From positions 77,626,001 through 77,690,000 of the forward strand of contig NC_087437.1 in assembly GCF_036321535.1 (NCBI RefSeq): a stretch of DNA of 64,000 bases. Reading direction: 5' to 3'. The number at the start of each line of letters is the position of its first letter. Position 1 is the stretch's first letter. The notes under the pieces are model-generated. The model saw only the letters and a program-made list of their open reading frames with translations, ran no database searches and was not told where the DNA came from. Made by a program: the position numbers and the translations under genes. Origin of the DNA: Camelus dromedarius. Lineage: Eukaryota. Below, one piece after another: positions 39,880 through 51,385 of the stretch.

Positions 39880-40910
39880 ACCAGCTCTGCATCTCATGGA
39901 ACTATTAAATTGATGACATCCCCCTTACTGCTGCAGTCCTTTACCAACTCCTGAGTCATTCCCTTTCATTTCTTAACATAAGTTCTGGATGAATAAAATT
40001 CTCTCACACTTACTGATGTAAATCTTAGTGATTTTCATATACGAGTTGATGATCCTTCCAACACAGTGGCGTCCCAGCACTTTGACCCTCTTGACTCCAG
40101 TTATCTTGCCTTCTATTCCATCTCAGCCACTACCCACGAGGGGCACACCCGAAACCTGATCACTGCTAGAACTGCTACCCTCCATCATCTCAATTTCGTG
40201 TAGGAAGTTCTCTGACCGTTATCTCCCTCTAGGACCCTGACTCCTGACCCCTCAACCCTGCCAGTGCCTCCACTCTGTTGACCCACCACCTTGTCATTCT
40301 CCCTCAGGCTCTGGGTGTCCTCTCTCCCCTCCTGTCACAGCTTAAACTCGAGGCCAATTATTATCATCTCTTCACTGCACACACTCTTCCCCTGCTCTTG
40401 TTGTATTTTCTTGGCAACACTAAACCCTGAGTAGATTAAATTCAAACCCTAGTTAAATCAAGTTCTCTGACTACTCCTTGCCTGCAGCTGCACAGCTGAA
40501 TATGGCAAAAGAGAAATACAAACATGCTGACTGGTCTCACTCTAAAATCATGACCACAAACCTCCAGAGGGCGTCTGATGCTGGCCAGGGCTCCTGCCCA
40601 TCTGCCCTGGCCATTCCTTCTCACTGTTGTCCAGGCGATTGTTTTACACGCCCCTCTTTCTCTTTAAACATCCAGCGCCTCCTGCCCGACCTTCACTCTC
40701 AGCTGATTTTGCTTCCACTTCACTGACAAACTCGAGAAACCTGAAGCAATCCGTTAAAAACTGTCCAAGATCCCCAAGATCATGTCCATCCACCTCTGAG
40801 CACCTAGGGGCTGATGTCCTCACCTGACGAGGTAGCAGTGCTCCCCTCACTCCTAAGTAATGTCACCCCGTCTACATGTGCACTGGATTTCTTTCTCTTT
40901 CCAGAACTTC
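39880..40910 (+). mobile_element. L2 ORF2 fragment
   Basis: cttagtgattttcatatacgagttgatgatccttccaac...tcagccactaccca...ctgactggtctcactctaaaatcatgaccac...ctgattttgcttccactt, C-rich L2 coding-strand pattern. Confidence 0.75.
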
Positions 40911-41209
40911 CTCTAACAATGGTGGGGTGCAGGGTTACAGCGCAAATAGAAAGCCCATTCCATGTACATGTATGCACATCATATTATGTTTATATATGTA
41001 TATATACGTGTGTGTGTGAGTGTGAATTCACATACAATAAAATAGTATCTTGATATACATATAGCATATGTTATACAGCACGTGTGCATATGTGTTTATC
41101 TAAAATGGTGGTGAGGAAGACACATGAATAAGAAAGCAAATTTAGGTATATAATACTGTTTAAAAAGGAAAGATAATTTTTCTAATCAGTAAGCAGAAGA
41201 AGAAAGCAA

Positions 41210-41420
41210 AGATTTGCTGAACATCTGCTGTGTTCCAGGCACTGAGCTAAGGTCTTATATCATCTACTATAAAAAGTAATACGTATAAGGAAATCGAGGC
41301 TTTGAGCAGTTAGATTCCTTGCCCAAGATCACAAAGCTAGTAAAAACGGTCAAACTGGGTTTTGCCCCCAAGGAGGGTCGGACTCCAAAGCCCACGCTTT
41401 TTTTACTCACTATGCTATGT
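41210..41420 (-). mobile_element. MIR fragment
   Basis: tgctgtgttccaggcactgagctaagg...aggaaatcgaggct...ttgcccaagatcaca...gactccaaagccca. Confidence 0.8.
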
Positions 41421-43699
41421 GAGAAAAACACCACCGTTTCCTATACAACTGGTCCTAATGTAAGTTCCCTGACGTTCCCATTTCAAGGCCGCGTTCTGCA
41501 ACGCCCAGCTCCACGGCACTGAACCAGGAGCTGTCATGTGGCTGGTTAGGCTGGGGGCTGCTCGCCCCGTCCGAGTGGTGGTTGTCTTTTGCTGAAGAGC
41601 TGCTGGACTGACCTCGCAGGCAACAGTACTTCCATTGTGGGTGCACTGATTCTAGATGTGTGCTTTCCAATCAGGTTGTAAAGTGCTCTGATATTCCTCC
41701 GGATGAAATGGATCCTGTAAATGCAATTTGTAGTTTCATTTGCCCTATAGTTGCAAGCTGCTTGGTGATTTAATTCTCAGCGTACTGTATTTTCTTTTTA
41801 AAAGCGTATTTAAAAGGTTTCTTTTATCTAGTGGTGGACTTTCTAAACTGCTCTCAGAAGTTTTCAAAATAAAGGAGCAATTCTACAGCAATTTTCACAA
41901 ATAATCATTTCTTACCACCGGATTTATTTGTGCTTGATGCTTTGTACTCTCTTGCTAGCCCTGCCCTCCAAATTGTTGTGCAGTAAAACCACCTTTCCAC
42001 GTAACACAGGATACTTCAAGGTTAGGTATTAGAGGAGTGTGTTTGCCTTATTCAAAATTCCTAACTCTATAATTTTAAAACACTGTTTTCTGCTGCAGCA
42101 GGAGTGGCGAATATATTTTAAGTGTATTTATTTTCTGAAAGCATGGAAAGTTAAATATACATGGTTTCTTTTCCTTAAGGGGCAAAAACTTTACATGCAA
42201 GGTCGAGCAACAGAAAAACTGCACTTCTTAAGTCAGAATCAGGAGCTCTGGTCTGAATCTACCACTGTAATTGCACATGATTCTACAGCTGTGAGCAAAG
42301 CACAACAGCATTCTGAAAAAACATCAGTCTAGTGATGCGGAGCAGGAGTAAGTAGTCTCCTCCTGTTAAGTAGAGGGTTGGACATTCCGTGACTCTGTGA
42401 AGCTTATAAACTGACATCAAGATACGTGGACAGTCAGGTAACGTTATGGTGCACTTGGGCGAATACTACGATACAGTCCACTGACGGAAACATCCATCGT
42501 TTCTTTTTGTGTGTGTGGAGATAGAATTTTAGGGCAGAATAGCACTTTATAAGTCATTTAGATCAGTCCCTCATCTGATACCCCCCCAGTATTCCCATCC
42601 GATGGCGATCTAGTCTGAGATAACGTGGCTTCCATTTTAGGTCAATCCCTCTTGCAGGATTTTACCTGTGTTGACAGTTTTCTACAACTGGGAAGATTCT
42701 TCATCAATCACTGTTGTCTTTGTTGGGGGACACAGCACAAGAAACTGCTGAGTCCACAAACTGAGTTGCTTGGATTTAGTCTGTAAGGCTAAATTTTTTT
42801 CCAAAAGTGCTTTGAATTTCTCTTAGACTTTAAACTGTGATGACACTGACAATCAAAAAGTTATTGCCATCCACTGTTCCAGAATTCAGTTATTACTTTC
42901 AGCTCTTTGCACTAAATGTTTTTGAAATTAATTTTCACTTCCTTTGGTTAGATTTCTCTTCCCTCTGCCTTAAAGAAATCCATATCCCTCTATGCATGAC
43001 AGCAATTTAAAGGTGGGCAAAGAGGACTTCAGAGGCTGTAGTCATAGAACACACTTTTTAAAGAACCACCTCAGTTGCAGATATGAAATTTGCAGGTTGA
43101 TTTAGAAATAGGGGCAGAAAGTCACTGAAGCAGGTTTCACCTTCTCAAGTTCAGTGTCTCACTACCAAGCATCTCTGAATCCTTCCACAATTGAAGAATT
43201 ACCCAAAATACTTCTCATTTATCTTAAGGATAATAAACTCTGTATGATTCATCTGTCCCATTCTTTTTGGATTTTACTGTTCTTAGATGTGAATAATATG
43301 AAGGTCCTCATCGTAAATAAAAGAAAGAAATATTACTTTATTGAGACCCCCGGTGGAATTCTTTGCATTCAATATTTGGTTGCACAATATCTGAAGGAGA
43401 GGGATGTAAAGCACCTGACTTATGAGGAAGATTTCAAAGGCACACATTTGTCTATTTAGCAAAGCACATGGAAAATATATCTGTATTTGAACATTTGCTC
43501 ACAAGGAGTCAAAAAGGGTAATTTAGTTATTTCATTATAATATAACCCGGGACCATCTGGGGGCAGTCATAGGCGTACAGATGAATCAAGGAATTGGTAG
43601 ATGACCTTTATGAAGAACTGAACTTCTCTGGGCAATCTATACTTTTCAAAGAGTCCAAACATCATCTTATTTATATTCAAAATATGCAGTTTTACTTTT

Positions 43700-43900
43700 T
43701 CATTCATTAATTCAACAAATATTTATTTTGAAATCCCCACTCTGTGCCTGTCTGGGTGCCAGTACTAGACACCGGGAACACAACAATGATCCAAAACATA
43801 CAAGGGCTCAAGTTTCATGGTTCTTTCAAGGAAAGGCACTACACAGGCAGAAATGCTAATGAGCACCTATAACGAACTGACGCAGGTCCTGAGATGGAAA
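43700..43900 (-). mobile_element. L2 3' terminus
   Basis: cattcattaattcaacaaatatttatt, the antisense L2 tail. Confidence 0.7.
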
Positions 43901-44735
43901 GAAACACAGTTGAGATGTAAAGATAATCAGCTGTGTACTCAGGACCTCTCCATGGTGGCCCAATTAGCCAGTCTGGGAATCCCTGAGTGACACAGCCTTT
44001 ATCCCTCCCCACAGGGAGTGAATCAAACGCCTCGAATCAGACACCACCGCTGGCCTTCTACTTCCCCGGTCACTGCAGAACTACCCGAAGTGAGTGTCAG
44101 ACGGCACCGCGCATGCGTACTAACACGCTGGGTCGGCCTCCAGGGTGAGCCAGAGCTGTGCCTCGGCGAGCGCTTCCCCCACCTGGCGGGGAAGCCGAGG
44201 TGCTGGGGCCCACCGCTGAAGGTTCTCAAGAGCTGAGGATGCACAACTCTTCCATTTTCAGTGGCACCATGCTGGTACACTCTGAAAACACTGCACGCTA
44301 CAAATCAGGGCTCCTCAGTGAGTTGTTTTACCATCTCACCACTGTAGAGGTATCCCAAATTGTATGTGTCTTAGGGTCCTGCTAGAAGGAATGTCATGTA
44401 CGAGGTGGAGGCCGATTAATGTGCCAGGTCTATGGTCACTAGTCCTACTATGAAATAGGAGGCCTGCCTCAGCTGATCATTCTGGGTGGTATCCAGGCAG
44501 CTCCGAGAGTGAGCTCGGTGCCTTCAGAGCAACCCTGTCTCGTCTACTGGCCGCCTACTGCCCGGGCAGTGATGGAGCTGGGATCACTCAGAACGAGGGC
44601 CAGACATGCTGTGACCTACGCTACAAACTGTAGGATTATAACAACACAAAACTCCACATATGACTCAAGGCTGCAGGGCAGGTCCTCAGCAAACAACTTC
44701 ACAAAGTGGGTCTCCACTGCATGAACTTCAACTTT

Positions 44736-44737
<2 letters not shown>

Positions 44738-44775
<38 letters not shown>
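44738..44775. repeat. (TG)19 microsatellite at the 3' side of an antisense L1
   Basis: Read directly. Confidence 0.97.
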
Positions 44776-44776
<1 letters not shown>

Positions 44777-47700
44777 ACAGTTAAGTTGTAATCTCTCCAC
44801 AAGTTTCTAGTTATGCAACATAGCGTTATCAACTATAGTCTCCATGTTATGCATTAGATCCTCACACTGAATCCATCTTATAACTGAAAGTTTGTACGCT
44901 TCTACCAACACCTCCCCATTTCTCCCACTCTCAGAAATCACCATTCACTGTTTCTATGAGTATGACTTTTAAAAAAATTCTACACATAAGTGATAATATT
45001 CAGTACTTGTCTCTGTCTGGCTTATTTCACTTCACATAATGTATTCCAGATTCATCCACATTATCTCAAATGGCAAGATTTCCTTATTTTTTAAGGCTGA
45101 ATAATAATCCATTGAGTATGTGTGTGTGTGTATGTAACATTGTGTGTATACACATAATATTGTGTCCATATATACACTATTGTGTGTATATGTAAAATAC
45201 TATATACATTTACATCTATATACATATAGCATTGTATATATTTATAACATTGTGCATGCATGTGTACATATATACATATATACAGTATTTTCTTCATCCA
45301 TTCATCCATCAATGAACACCTAGGTAGTTCTAGCTTTATAATTTTTTAAGGAACCTACATATTATTGTCCATAGGGGCAGTACCAGTTTACATTCCCAGT
45401 AACAATGCAAAAGATTTCCCTTTTCTCCACAATCTCATCAACATTTGTTATCTCCCCTTTTTGATAATAGCCATCTTAACAATTGCTATCTCACTGTGGT
45501 TTTGATATGCATTTCCCTGATGATTACTGTTGTTTAGTACATTTTTATGTACCTGTAGGTCATTGTATGTCTTATTAAAGTGTCATTTTAAATTGGGGTT
45601 TTTTTTCTATTGAATTGTACTAAGCTTATACATCTTAGATTTTAACTCCTTACTGGATATGTGGTTTGCAAATATTTTCTCCCACTTGGTAGGTTGCCTT
45701 TTCATTTTGTTGATGGTTTCCATTGCTGTGCAGAAGCTTTTTATGTTGATTTTTGCTTTTGTTGCCTTTGCTTTGGTGTCAAATCCAAAAAGTCATTGCC
45801 AAGACCAAGACAAAGATCTTATCCCTCTGTGTTTTCTTTTAGGGGTTTTATGGTTTGGAGTCTTATTCAAGTCTTTAATCCATTTTGAGTTGATTGTGGG
45901 TGTGTGTGGTGTAAGACACAGGATCAGTTTCTTTTTTTTTTTTTTGCATGTGTCAGTCTTCTTAGCACTATTCATTGAAGAGATTATCCTTTCCCCATTT
46001 TATATTCATGGTGCCTTTGTTATACTTAATTGACTATATATGCATAGGTTTATTTCTGGCCTCTCAGCTCTGTTCCACTGATCTATGTGAATGTTTTTAT
46101 GCCAATATAATACTGTTTTCATTACCACAGCTTTGTAATATAATTTGAAATCAGGAAGTGTGACGTCTCCTGCTCTGTTCTTTCTCAATCTTGTTTTGGC
46201 TGTCTGGGGTCTTTTGTGGTTCTACTCAAATTTCAGAATTTTTTTTTTCTACTTCTGTGAAAAATGCCATTGGAATTTTGATAGGCATTGCATTGAATCT
46301 GTAGGTCACTTTGGATAATATGGACATTTAAACAATATTAATTATTTCAATCCATGAATACAGACTATCTTTCCATATATTTCTGCTTGCTTTATTTTTG
46401 TTTCATCAATATTTTATAGTTTTCTGTGTACAGATCTTTCACCTCCTTGGTTAAATTTTTTCCTAAATATTTTATTCTTTTTGATGCTATTGTAAAGAGG
46501 ATTGTCTTCTTAATTTCTCTTTCTCATAGTTCTTTGTTGGTGTATAGAAATATGACTGATTTTGTCCTGTAACTTAACTGAATTACTGAATTTGTTTATT
46601 AGTTTTTTGGTGGAGTCTTTAGAATTTTATATATATATATAAAAATATATAAATCATGTCATCTGGAAACAAACAATTTTACTTCTTCCATTCCAATATG
46701 GATGTCTTATTTCTTTTTCTAGCCCAAATGATCTGTCTAGGATTTCCAATACTATTTTGAATAAACATGGTGAGGGTAAGCATTCTTGTCTTGTTCCCAA
46801 TCTTAGAGGAAAAGCTTTCAGCTTTTCACCTTCGAATATGATGTCACGTGTAGGCTTGTCATATATGGCCCTTATAATGTTGGGACACATTCTACCTATA
46901 TCTAATTTGTTGGGAATTTTTATCATGAAAGGATGTTGCATTATGTCAAATGCTTCCTCTGCATCTATTGGGATAATCATATAATTTTTATTATTTATTT
47001 TGTTGATGTCATGTATCACATTTACTGATTTGAATATGTTGAACCATCCCTGAATCCTAGGAATAAATCTCACTTGATCATGGTATATGATCCTTTTAAT
47101 GCACTGTTGAATTTAGTTTGGTCATATTTTGTTGATATTTTTCACCTATGTTCATCAGGGGTATTAACCTATAATTTTCTTCTTTTTTAGTGTCTTTGGC
47201 TTTGATAACATGGTAATGCTGGCCTCATAAAACAAATGAGGAAGTCTTCCCTCACTTTCTGTTTTTTTGGGAGAATTTGAGAAGGACTAACATTAATTCT
47301 TCCTGAAATGTTTGGTAGAGTTCAATAGTGAAGCCATGTGTTTCTGGACTTTTGTTTGTTGGGAGGTTTTTGCTTACTGATTCAATCTCTTTACTAGTAA
47401 TTGATCTGTTCAGATTTTCTGTTTCTTCTTAATTCAGTCTTGGTAGCTTGTTCATTTCTAGGAATTTATCCATCTCCTGTAGGTCATCTAATTTGTTGGC
47501 ATATAATTAGTCATTGCAGTTTCTTACAATCTTTGAGTATTTTTTGTTATCAGTTGTAATGTCTCCTCTTTTATTTCTGATTGTATTTGTCCTTTATTTT
47601 TTCTTAGGTTACCTAGGTAAACATTTGTCAATTTTGCTTATTTTCTCAAAAAACATTTCAAAGTTTCATTTATCTTTTCTATTGACTTTCTAGCCTCTAT

Positions 47701-49985
47701 TTCATTTATTTCTACTCTAATCTTTGTTATTTTCTTCCTTTGACTAACTTTGGGCTGAGTTTGTTCTTTTCGTAGTTCCTTGAAGTTTAATGTTAGTTGT
47801 TTGAGAGCTTTCTTTTTTTTCTTAATGTAGGCACTGATTCCTACAAACTTCCCTTTAGAACTGCTTTTGATGCATCCTTTAAGTTTGGTTATGTTTTGTT
47901 TCCATTTTCATATATCTCAAGATATTTTTTGATTTCTTCTTTAATTGGTTTTTCAGAAGCATGTTGTTTCATACCCACATTTGTGTATTTTCCAGCTCTC
48001 CTCTTGTAATTGATTTCTAGTTTCATACCACTGTGATAGCAGAGTATGCATCACAGGATTTCAGTCTTGTTAAATTTGTTAAGACTTGTTTTGTGGCCTA
48101 ATACATGATCCTCAGTTCTCTAATCCTTTCTTCTGCTTTACCTAGTCTGCTACTGAACCCCTTATTGAATTTTTCATTTCAGTTATTTTTCAGTTGTATG
48201 GTTTCTCTTTGGTACTTTTTTGTATTTTTTCCTTGTTGAAATTCTCATTTTTCTCATACATTGGTCTCCTTACCTCAGTAAGCATCTTTATGATCATTAA
48301 TTTGAACTCTTGTGTAAGCTCTTGTTTATTGGGTAAATCACTTATCTGTTTCATTAAGGTTGGTTTTGGGAGATTTATTTTATTCTCTTGTTTGGAACCC
48401 CGTCTCTTCATTTTCCTTAACTCTGTGTTGGTTTCTGCACATTAGATAAACCAGGCACTTCTATCTTGACAGACTGGCCTTGTGTAAATAAACCTTGTCA
48501 ATCAGCCAGACTTGAGCTCCTGTTGTCTCTCAAACTTTGTAATTGTCTAAGCCACCATCTTTGTAATTAGTGACTTCCAGAAGTGGAGGATATACCAAGA
48601 CCTGTCAGTTTTCCAAAGGTGTGGGAAATGTCTTTATGCCTATCTAGGCTCCAGTGTGACTACTAATCGCATGCCCCTTCAGCTCCCCAGTGCAGGCTAA
48701 TTGGAAGCTCAACTTTCAGGTAGCAGCTGAGAAAGCCAGGATGTTAGATAGGCAGTCTAGCCCCTATCAAGGAGAGACTGGGAGCCGGGTGCTTTTCTCT
48801 GTGTTGAGCCAGAGGGAGTAGTCTCTCGAATTGCTTATGTACCCAAACAGAACAGCTTCTTTGTTTTGTGTAATCCTCAGGAACTCATGAATGCCAATCC
48901 CTGTCAGCTCCTGATGACAGGTGCTCCTGGTGATCTGGGAGTCAAGAACAGCTGAGTGACAGCCATATCAGTTGGGGTGCTAGATACGTGGATAAGTTCC
49001 TTCCAGGGAGAAACTAGACACGTGGCTTTATTGTTGGAGCAAGCTTGGGGAAAACAGCAAAGGATGTGCCCACCAGCTCTCTCGGGCTCCTGGGAGGATC
49101 CCAGTCAGCATATGCAGTGATCAGAAGCCAGAACCTCAAGCAGCAGCTAGGGAGGTATGCAATCAAATCCCTTCCAAAGAGAAACTGGGAGATGAATGTT
49201 TCTGCCTGCTCCATCTGTGCTTAGCTCTGGGGGGTTAGCTGCAGGAAGTGTGTGCCCATTTGAAAACTGACTGTTTTGTTTGTTTAATATGGTCCTGTAG
49301 TATTCATGAAGGCTGAACCTTGGGGGCTATTAGAGCTGGTGATTTGAAGGTCTCACTCAAGTGGCTGCCTCAAAAGTTGGAATACCAAATGTGTGGAAAA
49401 GCTCTTTCCAAAGAGAAGGTGGGGTCTTGATTTTATGGTTGGGGCAAGCCAGGAGAAGACAGGGGAAGGCAGGTGAAGTGCACACTGGCTCCTCCAGGCT
49501 CCTGGGAGGATCACAGTCAGCAGCTAGACTGAGTCTGATTAGAAGCTGGGACCCTCAGGCACCAGCTTGTAAAGTACGTAGTCAAATTATTTCCAGAGAA
49601 AGACTGGGAGATGGATGTTTTGCCTGCTCCCTCTGCACTGAGCCCTGAGGGGACAGACACAGCCAGTGCTCCCCTGCCTGTTAACAACTGCTTCTTCATT
49701 TGCTCTGGTCCTGTGGGGCTCACGAATGCAAGCTGGGAGTTGGGGGGGGGGGGGTCCCTCCCAATGTGATGGCACTGTGGCAGGAATAGGGTTTTTGTTG
49801 AGACTATGTCTCAGACTTTTCTCTTTTTGTTGTGGGTTTATCTCAGTTGCCTAATGTGTAGGAATCACTTAGCTAGTTCCTGGATTTCTCTCAGAGGGAA
49901 CTGCTGTATGTGGCTATATATTCGACATGTCTGTGAGAGGAGAGAGTTCAGCAACGTTTTATGTCACCATCTTGGTGACATCCAG
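44776..49985 (-). mobile_element. Decayed L1 retaining its 5' end, with a large internal deletion
   Basis: ORF track 46654 ([19 protein letters not shown]...IDAEEAFD...[15 protein letters not shown]) and 46006 ([13 protein letters not shown]) are ORF2; 5' start on minus ggatgtcacCAAGATGGtg at ~49963-49982. Confidence 0.93.
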
Positions 49986-50049
49986 ATTTCCACTTCTGAT
50001 AAAAATTGAGTGAGGGCCTCACTCAACCTTCAAACGACCATCCTATTAG

Positions 50050-50485
50050 TCAGGCTGGAAAAGTATGAAGTCTATTTTCCAGGCTCCCTTGCAACTTAGA
50101 TTCTTTATCTGATTTAGATTCTGTTATGTGGACTGATTTGATATTTGGAAGACCTAAGAATGGCTGTGTTAAGAAGCAATGTTTAAATGTCTATTCTCTT
50201 TCTTCATCCATGTTAAGAGAGGGTTGCCATGACAGCTTCTAATTTCCAACTTTATAAAGCCTAGATCAGAGCCCCAGGGGTGTTCTTGAACTCTTGGCTC
50301 TAGTATTGGCCTCTGGTGAAACAACGCTCTTGTCAGTCAGTCCTGTTTATACCTGGAAATCATCCTATAGACCGAACCTACAACATTCTCCTTAAGCCCT
50401 TCAAATGATGTTCTAACCACCTAATTTCTGTATTACTTATTTTTCTGAATGTAAGTGGTTTCTGTTTTTCAACACTGATCAAATA
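50050..50485 (+). mobile_element. ERV-L class LTR (LTR33/LTR16-like), probable 5' LTR of the adjacent provirus
   Basis: ggctggaaaag...ctattttccaggctcccttgcaac...agtggtttctgttt...ctgatcaaata resembles recalled LTR33 motifs; followed directly by ERV-L-like internal sequence. Confidence 0.55.
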
Positions 50486-51034
50486 TTTGGAGCAAGAAGT
50501 TAACACTTTAGGATGACCATCCAGAATTAATCTCTTCTGGTTTGGATGAAAGGCAGCAGTGGTGTAATATCACTGGAAGTGGATTATACAAAACAGATTG
50601 CATGAAATAACCAACAAAGTTACTTAAATTATCATCCAGTGTCACCTGGGATAAAGGCTAGACTTTGTTAAAATAATAGGTTTTTAAAATGGCCTTGATA
50701 GAGACAAAAAGGAATACAGAGACTATAAACTGGACTTGCAGCTTGTAACTACACCAGATATAGATTAAGAAGAAAAGGACAAGGAGGAAAATGGGAAGAA
50801 GGAAAGGGGGGGAGGGGGAAGGAGAGAAGGGAGAGAGAGAACAAGGGATAGAGGGGAAAGGGGAGGGTGCTTTGAAGAACACGATGAAATCAAGATTTTA
50901 AATTCCTCCCTTAAGGTATTATCAAGAACCAGAAGCCTGTGCTTGCTCTAAAATGATCTCTTATCAGGATGACACAGCTAAAGATCAAAGGCATGGTCTG
51001 ATCATGTAGGCTACCAAATTAAAATATAAACTGA

Positions 51035-51385
51035 GGGTGGGGCTGAAACCCTGCATTTCAAACAATGTCTGGGGTGGTGCCACCTTTGAATAGCAAGGGG
51101 GTAGAGCATTCTGGTTTCCTCCAGCAAGTGGACGCCTACCTGCCCTACAAGTACACCTGTGAGGGGATGCTGGAGTGAATCCACAACTGCATCCAGCACG
51201 AGGACTTCTGTGCAGCCCCAGGCCCTGCCCCACTAGGGGCCTGGGCACCACGGAGCCCCTACATCTGGGCCCCCAGTGCCACCCCATCAAATGGACACAA
51301 AATGCTAGCTTGGCCCCCAGCACACTCCCCCCGGGCCTGGCTGGCCGCTACTGGGAGGGCCTGCACACAGTGGGGGAAAAGTGTA
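51035..51385 (+). mobile_element. GC-rich ~350-bp SINE-like retroposon of uncertain family inserted in the ERV-L
   Basis: Sharp GC shift; TT|AAAA site at 51019-51024; decayed TSD aaaatataaactga (51021-51034) vs catatatggactga (51386-51399). Confidence 0.5.

Noticed and set aside
45115..45285. Array-like TA/TG/CA repeats, also at 40960-41100
   Set aside because: Degenerate microsatellite or low-complexity sequence with no repeat-spacer structure.
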